NCBI GenBank assembly: GCA_035468175.1
Contig: DATITC010000016.1
Coordinates: forward strand, 8,547-72,546
Reading direction: 5' to 3'
Origin: Frankiaceae bacterium
Lineage (GTDB): Bacteria; Actinomycetota; Actinomycetes; Frankiales; Frankiaceae
DNA length: 64,000 nt
Shown here: piece by piece, positions 9,455-18,220 of the stretch
Layout: the number at the start of each line of letters is the position of its first letter
How positions within the stretch are numbered: position 1 is the stretch's first letter
The notes under the pieces: generated by a model
Seen by the model: the letters and a program-made list of their open reading frames with translations, nothing else
What the model was told of the DNA's origin: nothing
Database searches by the model: none
Made by a program: the position numbers and the translations under genes

Positions 9455-10465
9455 GTGCGAGTGGCCGGGGAGCAGCAGGTGCCCTCGACCGACGATCCCG
9501 TCGTCGGCGAGTCGGGCACACCTGTGGCCGGGCCGCCCGCCGGCGGCGCTGCTGCGGCCGCTTCCGACGCTGCCGTGGTTGCTGCGGACGCCGGCCCGCC
9601 CGCGTCGACTCAGCCGCGGACGGTGCCCGAGGACGGGCTGATCGCCCGGGTTCCGTCGGCGAAGATCGCGCTGTCGACCGCATCGACCTATCCCGAGTCG
9701 ACCGCCAGCGCCTTCGAAATCGCCGCGCGGCTCGGCTACGACGGCGTTGAGGTCATGGTCTGGACCGATCCGGTCAGCCAGGACATCGAGGCGCTCCGTC
9801 GGCTGTCGGACTATCACGGCGTCCCGGTTCTCGCCATCCACGCGCCCTGCCTGATCATCACCCAGCGGGTGTGGGGCACCGAGCCGTGGGTCAAGCTGGT
9901 CCGGGCCCAGGAGGCGGCAGAGCGACTCGGCGCCCAGACCGTCGTCGTGCACCCGCCCTTCCGCTGGCAGCGGGACTACGCCCGGGACTTCATCGCCGGC
10001 ATCGAGAAGATGGGCGACGAGTCGCCGATCCGCTTCGCGGTGGAGAACATGTTCCCGCTGCGCGCGCGGGGCCGGGCGGTTGTGCCCTACGCTCCGGACT
10101 GGTCTCCGGTCGACCAGGACTACCGGCACGTCACCCTCGACCTCTCGCACACCGCCGTCTCGCAGTCCGACGCCCTGGCCATGGCCGACTCGCTCGCCGA
10201 CCGCCTGGTACACCTGCACATCGCCGACGGGATGGGCTCGGCCCGTGACGAGCACCTCATCCCGGGCCGGGGGACCCAGCCGTGCGCCGAACTGCTCGAA
10301 CGTCTGGCCGAGCGCGGCTACGAGGGCCTGGTCGTCGTCGAGGTGAACACGCGTAAGGCCGAGAGCCGCGCCGACCGGGAAGCTGACCTGGCCGAGGCGC
10401 TCGCCTTCACGCGGCTGAACCTGGCCGCCCCCGCGGCCGTCGCCGATCTCCGTCGCCGCGGCTGA
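9455..10465 (+). CDS. sugar phosphate isomerase/epimerase (xylose-isomerase-like TIM barrel)
   Basis: ORF track. [13 protein letters not shown]...[11 protein letters not shown]...VVHPPF. The N-terminal ~70 aa are low-complexity, so the start is uncertain (alternative GTG 9479). Confidence 0.8.
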   Translation: MRVAGEQQVPSTDDPVVGESGTPVAGPPAGGAAAAASDAAVVAADAGPPASTQPRTVPEDGLIARVPSAKIALSTASTYPESTASAFEIAARLGYDGVEVMVWTDPVSQDIEALRRLSDYHGVPVLAIHAPCLIITQRVWGTEPWVKLVRAQEAAERLGAQTVVVHPPFRWQRDYARDFIAGIEKMGDESPIRFAVENMFPLRARGRAVVPYAPDWSPVDQDYRHVTLDLSHTAVSQSDALAMADSLADRLVHLHIADGMGSARDEHLIPGRGTQPCAELLERLAERGYEGLVVVEVNTRKAESRADREADLAEALAFTRLNLAAPAAVADLRRRG

Positions 10466-10510
10466 CGCTAGCCTCGACGGGGATGTCCCGCCTCGGCGGG
10501 CGGACCCAGG

Positions 10511-11329
10511 ATGAGCGGGAGGCCGACCGTGACGATCGCGATCCTCGGTGCAGGCAAGATCGGCGAGGCGCTGCTCGCCGGACTGCTCGCCAGCGGCACC
10601 ACGCCGACCGACGTCGTGATCTGCGAGCGGGTGCCCGAGCGGGCCACCGAGATCGTCGAGCGCTACGGCGTCGAGCGCTCCGACGCACCGGCGGACGCGG
10701 TCGCTGACGCCGAGGTCATCGTCCTGGCCGTCAAGCCGGGCGACATCGCCTCTGTCACCGGACTCGCTGCCGACGGGCTACGCAGCGGTGCGATGGTGCT
10801 CTCGGTGGCCGCCGGCATCCCGGCCGCGAGCATCGAGGCGTTGCTGCCCGCAGGAACGCCCGTGGTGCGGGTGATGCCGAACACTCCGATGCTGGTGCGG
10901 CAGGCGATGTCCGCCATCGCGGCGGGCACCACCGCCGGCGTCGACCATCTGGACCGGGCCGAGGCTCTGATGGCCACCGTCGGCCGGGTCGTCCGGGTGC
11001 CCGAGGCGCAGATCGATCTGGTGACCGCGGTGTCCGGCAGCGGCCCGGCCTACCTCTACCTCGTCGTCGAGTCGATGATCGACGCGGGCGTGCTGCTCGG
11101 GCTGCCGCGTCCCCTGGCCACCGAGCTCGCGGTGCAGACCGCCGTGGGCGCCTCGACCATGCTGCGCGAGACCGGGGAGCATCCGGCGCTGCTGCGGGAA
11201 GCGGTCACCTCGCCCGGCGGGACGACGGCGGCGGCGCTGCGCGAGCTCGAGGACGGGGGCCTCCGCGCCGCCTTCTACGACGCGCTGGAGGCCTGCCGGG
11301 ACCGGGCCCGTGACCTGGCTCGTGGCTGA
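10511..11329 (+). CDS. proC: pyrroline-5-carboxylate reductase
   Basis: IAILGAGKIGEALLAGL Rossmann motif and the C-terminal VTSPGGTTAAAL signature. Confidence 0.92.
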   Translation: MSGRPTVTIAILGAGKIGEALLAGLLASGTTPTDVVICERVPERATEIVERYGVERSDAPADAVADAEVIVLAVKPGDIASVTGLAADGLRSGAMVLSVAAGIPAASIEALLPAGTPVVRVMPNTPMLVRQAMSAIAAGTTAGVDHLDRAEALMATVGRVVRVPEAQIDLVTAVSGSGPAYLYLVVESMIDAGVLLGLPRPLATELAVQTAVGASTMLRETGEHPALLREAVTSPGGTTAAALRELEDGGLRAAFYDALEACRDRARDLARG

Positions 11330-11353
11330 GCTCGCGCGCCGGACAGGAGAGAC

Positions 11354-12529
11354 ATGAGCGACAGCACGCTGGTCATCTGGGACGAGATCCTGACCGCCTA
11401 CGACCACGGCCCCGGCCATCCGCTGCGTCCGGTCCGGCTCGACCTGACGGTCGCCCTCGCGCGTTCACTCGGCGTGCTGCAACGCCCAGGCGTGACCATC
11501 GCCCCGCCCGAGTCCGCCGCCGACGACGTGCTCGAACTCGTGCACGACCCCGACTACGTCGCCTTCGTGAAGACGGCGCCCGACGAGCTCATGAGCCGGC
11601 TGGCGTCGCGCTACGGCTTCGGAAACGGCGACAACCCGGTCTTCACCCGGATGCACGAGACCTCCGCCCTGGTGACCGGGGCCAGCGTGCAGGCCGCCGC
11701 GGCGGTCTGGCAGGGGCGCACGCAGCACGCGGTCAACCTCTCCGGCGGACTCCACCACGCGATGCGGGCCCGGGCGAGCGGGTTCTGCGTCTACGACGAT
11801 CCGGCGGTCGCCATTGCATGGCTGCTGGCCGCCGGTGCGCAGCGGGTCGCCTACGTCGACGTCGACGTCCATCACGGCGACGGCGTGCAGTCGGCGTTCT
11901 ACGGCGATCCGCGCGTGCTCACCGTCAGCCTGCACGAGAGCGGACGCACCCTGTTCCCCGGCACCGGGTGGGCGGACGAGATCGGCACCGGCGAGGGAAC
12001 CGGCTACGCGGCGAACGTGGCCCTGCCCGCCGGCACCGACGACGGCCGCTGGCTGCGCGCCTACGACGCGGTGGTCCCCCACCTGCTCCGGGCCTACCGG
12101 CCGCAGGTCATCGTGAGTCAGCTCGGCTGCGACACGCACCGCCTCGACCCGCTGGCCCATCTGACCTGCACCGTGAACGGCCAGCGCGCCGCCTACGCGC
12201 GGATGCACAAGCTCGCCCACGAGCTCTGCGAGGGCCGGTGGGTCGTCCTGGGCGGCGGCGGCTACGACCCGCTCACCGTCGTCCCGCGGGCGTGGACGCA
12301 CGCGCTTGCCGAGGTCACCGGGGACCAGGTGGACGGCCTGGTGCCGGAGGAGTGGCGCGACTACGCCTCCCACCGCCTCGGCGGCTCGCCGCCCGAACTG
12401 CTGCACGACGGCCCGAACGGCGCCGCGCCGGCGGCCCGCCCATGGTCGGGCCCGGACGGCGGCGGTCTCGACCGGGCGATCCAGGCGACCCGGGACGCCG
12501 TGTTCTCGTTCCACGGGCTGGTGGCGTGA
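11354..12529 (+). CDS. acetoin utilization protein AcuC / histone-deacetylase-family enzyme
   Basis: GGLHHA and VDVDVHHGDGVQSAFY catalytic blocks. Confidence 0.88.
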   Translation: MSDSTLVIWDEILTAYDHGPGHPLRPVRLDLTVALARSLGVLQRPGVTIAPPESAADDVLELVHDPDYVAFVKTAPDELMSRLASRYGFGNGDNPVFTRMHETSALVTGASVQAAAAVWQGRTQHAVNLSGGLHHAMRARASGFCVYDDPAVAIAWLLAAGAQRVAYVDVDVHHGDGVQSAFYGDPRVLTVSLHESGRTLFPGTGWADEIGTGEGTGYAANVALPAGTDDGRWLRAYDAVVPHLLRAYRPQVIVSQLGCDTHRLDPLAHLTCTVNGQRAAYARMHKLAHELCEGRWVVLGGGGYDPLTVVPRAWTHALAEVTGDQVDGLVPEEWRDYASHRLGGSPPELLHDGPNGAAPAARPWSGPDGGGLDRAIQATRDAVFSFHGLVA

Positions 12530-12690
12530 CCGACCGCGCGGCGCTGATGGCGAAGCGGGTCGGCATCAGTCCCGACCTCGATCACCAGCACGGGCAGGAC
12601 ACCATCGATGTCGCGGTCGGGCTGGACGACAACGTCTTGCCGCACCACTACGCGCCAGTTTCTGCCTTCCTGCGGTCCGGCTGGGCGTAG
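12526..12690 (+). CDS. 54-aa hypothetical protein, translationally coupled to the acuC-like gene
   Basis: GTG 12526 overlaps the acuC TGA (GTGA). G/C at about 88% of third positions by hand count. VTDRAALMAKRVGISPDLDHQHGQDTIDVAVGLDDNVLPHHYAPVSAFLRSGWA. No family recognised. Confidence 0.35.
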   Translation: MTDRAALMAKRVGISPDLDHQHGQDTIDVAVGLDDNVLPHHYAPVSAFLRSGWA

Positions 12691-12778
12691 GTGGAACCTT
12701 CGCAGCCTGCGCTGACGAGCGCCGGTGCCGCGACCGATAGGCTGGGGCCTTCCGACTTTTCGTATGTGAGGACTCTTC

Positions 12779-12877
12779 GTGGGCTCAGTCATCAAGAAGC
12801 GCCGCAAGCGCATGGCGAAGAAGAAGCACCGCAAGCTGCTGAAGCGCACCCGGGTGCAGCGCCGCAACAAGAAGTAG
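12779..12877 (+). CDS. 30S ribosomal protein bS22 (actinobacterial 32-aa basic microprotein)
   Basis: GTG 12779 preceded by [37 protein letters not shown] matches the bS22/Rv0500B-type sequence I remember and lies in the expected proC...epimerase position. Too short for the ORF track. Confidence 0.85.
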   Translation: MGSVIKKRRKRMAKKKHRKLLKRTRVQRRNKK

Positions 12878-13062
12878 CCGAGAACGAGCAGTACGTACTA
12901 CGTCCGCCGACCGGCGCGGTCGGAACCCCCGAGAGGGTGGAGCGCGCGGGTCGGCGATCGTAGAGTAGTTTCACCTGTTCGGCGGGCAGGACCGTCGCCG
13001 TCGGGCTCGAGCCCGGGCCCGAAGGTTTCGCAGCACGAACGTCAGCCATACCAGGGGTCGCC

Positions 13063-14160
13063 ATGCAACCGCGCCGCGTGCTCATCACCGGTGTTTCGCG
13101 GTATATAGGCGGCCGCTTGGCTACCGCGTTGTCCGCGGACCCCGAGATCGAGGCGGTCGTCGGCGTCGACACGATCGCGCCGAAGGGTGACCTCGGTCGG
13201 ACGCAGTTCGTCCGGGCCGATATCCGCAACCCGATGATCGCCAAGGTGATCAACACCGCGGGCATCGACACGATCGCGCACATGAACCTCATCGCCACCC
13301 CGCTGGGGGCGGGCGGTCGCACGGCGATGAAGGAGATCAACGTCATCGGCACGATGCAGCTGCTCGCCGCCTGCCAGAAGGCGCCGAGTGTGCGCAAGCT
13401 AGTGCTGAAGTCCACGACCGCGATCTACGGCTCATCCTCGAGTGACCCGGCGTTGTTCACCGAGGACTGCGAGCCGCGTGAGATCAGCCGGGGCGGTTAC
13501 GCCAAGGACGCCGTCGAGGTCGAGAGCTACGTGCGCGGCTTCGTACGGCGGCGTCCGGACGTCGCGCTGACCGTGCTGCGCTTCACCAACTTCATCGGTC
13601 CGCAGACCGACAGCCCGCTGACGCGTTACCTGTCGCTCCCGGCAGTGCCGACCGTGCTCGGGCACGACCCTCGCATCCAGCTCTGTCACGAGAGCGACGC
13701 GCTCGAGATCCTGCGGCGGGCGACCCTGCAGGACCATCCGGGGACGTTCAACGCCGGGGGTGACGGCCTGCTGCTGCTGTCGCAGGCGGTGCGCCGGATC
13801 GGCCGACCGCCGGTGCCGGTGCCCCCCGGGGCCGTCAGCCTGGTGGGCAACCTCTTCCGACGGGCCGGGTTGGTCGACTTCTCGCCCGAGCAGATGCGGT
13901 TCCTCGAGTACGGCCGGGTGGCCGACTTCCACCGGCTGCACGAGGTGTTCGGCTATCAGCCGCGCTACTCGACGTCGGCGGCGTTCGACGAATGGGTCGC
14001 GACGGCTGGGCTGCGCAAGTTGCTGAAGCCGGAGCAGGTGCAGGCCGTGGAGCGCGGCGTGCTGAACCTGGTCGCCCGGGGGCAGGCGATCGTAGGCCGG
14101 GACCCCCGTCGCGTGCCGTATCCGGTTCCGGTCACGACGGGAAGGGTCCTCAGTGCCTGA
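13063..14160 (+). CDS. NAD-dependent epimerase/dehydratase family protein (Rv0501-like)
   Basis: VLITGVSRYIGGRLA Rossmann motif; ORF track. Confidence 0.85.
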   Translation: MQPRRVLITGVSRYIGGRLATALSADPEIEAVVGVDTIAPKGDLGRTQFVRADIRNPMIAKVINTAGIDTIAHMNLIATPLGAGGRTAMKEINVIGTMQLLAACQKAPSVRKLVLKSTTAIYGSSSSDPALFTEDCEPREISRGGYAKDAVEVESYVRGFVRRRPDVALTVLRFTNFIGPQTDSPLTRYLSLPAVPTVLGHDPRIQLCHESDALEILRRATLQDHPGTFNAGGDGLLLLSQAVRRIGRPPVPVPPGAVSLVGNLFRRAGLVDFSPEQMRFLEYGRVADFHRLHEVFGYQPRYSTSAAFDEWVATAGLRKLLKPEQVQAVERGVLNLVARGQAIVGRDPRRVPYPVPVTTGRVLSA

Positions 14161-15418
14161 AGCGCGTGTCATCCCCATGTCCAGCGGCGAGCCGACCCGC
14201 CGATCGACCGGCGACGCCACGCCGTCCGACGACGAGCCCCGCGGCACCATCGACCTCACCGAACGCGCTGCCCGGCGTTCGATGGAGCGTGCCGCCGCGG
14301 CGCGCGACGACCCGCGCCCGGTTGACGACCCGGACCCGGTTGACGACCCGGACCCGGTTGACGCCGGGCCATCGGTTGACGCCGGGCCATCGGCTGAGGT
14401 GACGGCTCAGGACCCACCCTCGTCGCCGCCAGCTCGTACGGCCGACGCGCTGGACCCGGACTGGGTTGAGGCGCTCGCCGCCTTGCAGGAGGCCGAGGCC
14501 GGGATCATCGGTGGCCGTGGTTCCGGGGGCGGTGAGGCGACCGGCGGGGACGTGCGGCATCTTAGCCCCGGGGAGATTCCCGACTGGGAACGCCGGCTCG
14601 CCGGTGCCCTCGCCTTCGTCCGCCGCCGGATCACCGGCGACTACGAGATCGACGAGTTCGGGTTCGACCCGGACCTCACCGAGCACGTGCTCGCGACCGC
14701 GCTCCGTCCCATCTATGAGAAGTGGTTCCGGGTCGAGACCCGCGGGATGGAGAACCTGCCGGACGAGGGCAGCGCCCTGGTCGTGGCCAACCACTCGGGC
14801 ACGATCCCGCTGGACGCGGCAATGACGACGCTGTCCATCTACGACCATCACCCGGCCCACCGGCACCTGCGGATGCTCGGCGCGGACCTGGTCTTCCAGG
14901 TGCCGTTCCTCGCCCCGCTGGCTCGGAAGGCCGGCAACACCCTCGCCTGCCAGCCGGACGCGGAGCGGTTGCTGTCCAGCGGCGAACTCGTCGGCGTCTG
15001 GCCGGAGGGCTTCAAGGGGATCGGCAAGCCCTACGCGGAGCGGTATAAGCTGCAGCGCTTCGGGCGGGGCGGTTTCGTCTCCTCCGCGCTGCGCACGGGC
15101 GCGCCGATCATCCCGTGCTCGATCGTGGGCGCCGAGGAGATCTATCCGATGATCGCCAACTTGAAGACGCTCGCGCGGGTCTTCGGACTGCCCTACCTTC
15201 CGGTGACCCCGACCTTCCCGCTGCTCGGTCCGCTGGGCCTGGTGCCATTGCCGTCCAAGTGGATCATCGAGTTCGGGGAGCCGGTGGAGACGGCGTCCTA
15301 CGGCTCCGCCGCCGCCGACGACCCGATGACCGTGTTCAACCTGACGGACCAGGTCAGGGAGACGATTCAGGGCACCCTCTACAAGCTGCTCATGCAGCGG
15401 CGGTCCGTCTTCTTCTGA
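14153..15418 (+). CDS. lysophospholipid/1-acylglycerol-3-phosphate acyltransferase family protein (Rv0502-like)
   Basis: VVANHSGTIPLDAAM and VWPEGFKG acyltransferase blocks. 8-nt overlap with the upstream gene. The N-terminal region contains in-frame 18-nt repeats. Confidence 0.8.
   Translation: MPEARVIPMSSGEPTRRSTGDATPSDDEPRGTIDLTERAARRSMERAAAARDDPRPVDDPDPVDDPDPVDAGPSVDAGPSAEVTAQDPPSSPPARTADALDPDWVEALAALQEAEAGIIGGRGSGGGEATGGDVRHLSPGEIPDWERRLAGALAFVRRRITGDYEIDEFGFDPDLTEHVLATALRPIYEKWFRVETRGMENLPDEGSALVVANHSGTIPLDAAMTTLSIYDHHPAHRHLRMLGADLVFQVPFLAPLARKAGNTLACQPDAERLLSSGELVGVWPEGFKGIGKPYAERYKLQRFGRGGFVSSALRTGAPIIPCSIVGAEEIYPMIANLKTLARVFGLPYLPVTPTFPLLGPLGLVPLPSKWIIEFGEPVETASYGSAAADDPMTVFNLTDQVRETIQGTLYKLLMQRRSVFF
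14307..14396. repeat. in-frame 18-nt tandem repeats (3+2 copies) inside the acyltransferase gene
   Basis: gacgacccg(c/g)(g/a)cccggtt x3 then gacgccgggccatcgg(t/c)t x2, encoding DDP(R/D)PV x3 and DAGPS(V/A) x2. Confidence 0.9.
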
Positions 15419-15439
15419 CGGCTCGCGGGCCTGCGGAGG

Positions 15440-16579
15440 TCAGCGCGAGATGAGCCGGCCGAGTCCGGATCGGTTCCGGCCCGGCAACACGGTCCGGCTG
15501 TTCGCGCCCGCCGCTCGGGCGGCGGAGACGACGGTCTCCCGCGACGCGACACCGGCTCGGCGCAGGTCCCCGAGGTCGGGACGGTTCTGGAACGAATGGC
15601 GGGCGGCCGAGGCGGCGCTCACTGCGGCGCCGGCGAGCGAACCGGCCACCGTGCCGACGCCTTCGCCGGCCGTCAGGAGCGCGTTGGCGAGCAACTCGGT
15701 TGGCGAGTGGCCCGCGTGCCGGCGGCGCAGGACGACTCCCGCGACGATGCCACCGCTCACCGCGCCGACCCCTGCCGCGGCGGGGAGGCCGACCTTGACC
15801 GCCTTCCGTGCGGTGCGGAAGTCGCGGATCTCCCAGCCTTTCTCCCGCGCCACCGCGCGGAGGTCGGGATCCGGATTGACGGCAAACGGGTGGCCGACCA
15901 ACGAGAGCATCGGCAGGTCGTTCGTCGAGTCGCTGTAGGCGGAGCAGCGGGACAGGTCGAGCCCCTCCCGCTCGGCGAGGGCGCGGATCGCCTCCGCCTT
16001 CGCCGGACCGTGCAGTGGCTCGCCGACGAGCCGGCCGGTGTAGCGACCGTCCTCGACCTCGGCGACCGTGCCGAGGGCGCCGGTCAGGTTCAACCGGCGG
16101 GCGATCATCGAGGCGAGCTCGTAGGGCGTCGCCGTCACCAACCAGACGCGCCGGCCGTGATCGAGATGGTCCTGTGCCAGCGCCCGGGTGCCCTGCCAGA
16201 TGCGGTCCGCCATCAGATCGTCGTAGATCTCCTCGCCGAGCCGGACGATCTCGGTGACCTCGCGCCCCGCGACGAAGGCGAGTGCAGCCTCGCGCGCGGT
16301 GACCATGTTCTCGTGGTTCTCGGTGCCGCCGATGCGAAAGACCAGCTGCTGGTGGGCGAATCGCAGCAGGTCGCGGGTGGTAAAGAAGTCCCGGGCGGCG
16401 AGGCCACGGGCGAAGTGGAAGATCGACGCGCCCATCATCATCGTGTTGTCCACGTCGAAGAACGCACCTGCGCCGGGGTCGGGCTCGACGACGGGGGGGT
16501 CGGCCACCTCGGCCGCGGCGGCGGACGCGGCACCCGCCAGTGCGGCGCTGTCGCCGCGCGACCGTCGCTTCAGTCCCAT
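15440..16579 (-). CDS. HAD-IB family hydrolase (SerB1/Rv0505c-like) with a hydrophobic C-terminal extension
   Basis: [10 protein letters not shown] (DxDxT) and [12 protein letters not shown] motifs; ORF track. Confidence 0.85.
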   Translation of the reverse strand: MGLKRRSRGDSAALAGAASAAAAEVADPPVVEPDPGAGAFFDVDNTMMMGASIFHFARGLAARDFFTTRDLLRFAHQQLVFRIGGTENHENMVTAREAALAFVAGREVTEIVRLGEEIYDDLMADRIWQGTRALAQDHLDHGRRVWLVTATPYELASMIARRLNLTGALGTVAEVEDGRYTGRLVGEPLHGPAKAEAIRALAEREGLDLSRCSAYSDSTNDLPMLSLVGHPFAVNPDPDLRAVAREKGWEIRDFRTARKAVKVGLPAAAGVGAVSGGIVAGVVLRRRHAGHSPTELLANALLTAGEGVGTVAGSLAGAAVSAASAARHSFQNRPDLGDLRRAGVASRETVVSAARAAGANSRTVLPGRNRSGLGRLISR

Positions 16580-16705
16580 CCGCCCGTCCCCCCGACACCG
16601 TCGTCGCGGTTCGCCGCTCCGATCAGCAGTTTACGGTCGGGTCGCGCTGGATCGGGGACCCGGACGGCGGGTTCCGCGCTCGGGCGTCGGCACTGCCAGC
16701 AGAGT

Positions 16706-18016
16706 TCAGCGCGCCGTGGGCCTCGACGGGACCGGGCCGAGCCGGGGTAGGCCGCCGAGTGAGTCGGTGGCGTCCCCGACCGCATCGCCCACCGCACCGA
16801 CGACGCCACCTGCGCCACCGCCACCGGGGCCGCCCGCGGTCGGTGTCTGTCCGGCGCTGACGTGGCTGCTGGACCGGCCGCCGGTCGTGCTGCTGACGGT
16901 TCCGTTGATGAGCTCTCGCAGCGTCCCGGTGATCTGGGGCACGCCGGCGCCCGGTCCCCTGGAGGTCGTGCTCACGGGCCCCGGCGAGAAGTCGCCGGGC
17001 CCGACTGGCACCCCTGGCAATACCGGCAGCCCCGATGGGGATGTGCCGCCCGAGCCGCTTCCGCCTGAACCGATGTCGACGCCTGCGGAACCCGAGGATC
17101 CCGGCGCGGGCGGCGACCCGGTGTTCCCCGCGATGCCCGGGCCGCTCGTCGATCCCGGCAGTCCGGGCAGCAGCGGCGGTGCGGGGGTACTGAACGCAGG
17201 GCCGGCGGGGTCGAGGGGCCAGCCCTGAGCCAGTGCACCCGCGGGGGTGAGCCCCACGGGCGGCAGAAGGCCGAATACCGGCCGTCCGGTGCTGTCGGAC
17301 GGTTCGGCTGGGGCGGGGAACAACCCGTCGATCGTGTCGAGCAGCTGCTGTACGACCGGCCGGTGTGCCTCCGGCACCGTGCTCAGCAGGCGCTGCACGC
17401 GCTCCCGCACCGGCGACAACGAGCTGCTTAGCTCAGCTGGTGGCGCGCTTCCCATGAGCTGGACGAGGGTCCGGTCAGCGCCCGCAAGCGAGGTGTCGAG
17501 CGCGTCCCACCGCTCGATGTCGGTGCCGCCGGGGTCGGCGCTGACGGTGCGCTCCGCTTCCGTGACCCGGGCCGACACGAGCTGGACTGCCGGACCGACA
17601 CCGGAAGTCGGGTCGAGCGCCACCCGGACCGACTGCTCGAACTTCTTGATCGGGTAGAGCGGCGCGCCGGGTAATGAGCCGGCGGAGGCAGCGGCGACGC
17701 CACCCCCGACGAGGGCGACGGCCAACCCGGCAGCGGCGGCCCGTCGGGCGTGCTTGGACCGCCGGTGCCGAGCGTCCGCGACGTCCGAAGCGGTGGGCCG
17801 GGACGCGCCGGCCTCGCCGAGCCGGTGCGCAGCTTCCGCCACGAGCGTGGCGCGGAGTTGCTCCCGGAACGCGCCGCGCGGCCCGAGCGGTAGCTCGGCG
17901 AGTTCGCGCGCGAACGCGGACAGCTGGGTGACGGGTCCGAAGAGCCCGACCGGTGCCGTCCCGTCCGACGGGAGGTGCGGGGACGGCCGACGTGGCAGCA
18001 AGGACGTCATCGCCAC
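16706..18016 (-). CDS. DUF5667-type membrane protein, probable anti-sigma factor (RsbN-like)
   Basis: ORF track. Cytoplasmic N-terminus, one TM segment (AAAAGLAVALVGGGVAAASAG), a helical extracytoplasmic domain and a Pro/Gly-rich tail. Lies directly downstream of the BldN-like sigma gene. Confidence 0.6.
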   Translation of the reverse strand: MAMTSLLPRRPSPHLPSDGTAPVGLFGPVTQLSAFARELAELPLGPRGAFREQLRATLVAEAAHRLGEAGASRPTASDVADARHRRSKHARRAAAAGLAVALVGGGVAAASAGSLPGAPLYPIKKFEQSVRVALDPTSGVGPAVQLVSARVTEAERTVSADPGGTDIERWDALDTSLAGADRTLVQLMGSAPPAELSSSLSPVRERVQRLLSTVPEAHRPVVQQLLDTIDGLFPAPAEPSDSTGRPVFGLLPPVGLTPAGALAQGWPLDPAGPAFSTPAPPLLPGLPGSTSGPGIAGNTGSPPAPGSSGSAGVDIGSGGSGSGGTSPSGLPVLPGVPVGPGDFSPGPVSTTSRGPGAGVPQITGTLRELINGTVSSTTGGRSSSHVSAGQTPTAGGPGGGGAGGVVGAVGDAVGDATDSLGGLPRLGPVPSRPTAR

Positions 18017-18108
18017 CTCCCCCTGGTGTGCAGTTCCGACATGGTTCCCCCATGACCGTCCGCGCAGCCGGGGGAGTGCGCATGGACCTCGTGTCCGGAC
18101 CGTCCGCC

Positions 18109-18207
18109 CTATAGGGGGATCTCGTCGGACACTGTGCGGAACGAGCGGACGATCGTGGGGTTACGGATATCGCGCAGGTAGTTGCGCACAGCGCCGACGG
18201 ACGGCAC
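18109..18207 (-). CDS. candidate 32-aa micro-ORF between the sigma gene and its presumed anti-sigma gene
   Basis: GTG 18207 lies 9 nt after a perfect AGGAGG that overlaps the sigma stop codon. VPSVGAVRNYLRDIRNPTIVRSFRTVSDEIPL. 27 of 32 third positions are G/C. Confidence 0.3.
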   Translation of the reverse strand: MPSVGAVRNYLRDIRNPTIVRSFRTVSDEIPL

Positions 18208-18220
18208 GGGCGCCGACCTC

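Noticed and set aside
12530-12778. Search for an Rv0500A-type excisionase/HTH gene upstream of bS22
   Set aside because: No frame on either strand gives an HTH-like sequence. Only the 54-codon frame of unknown family is present.
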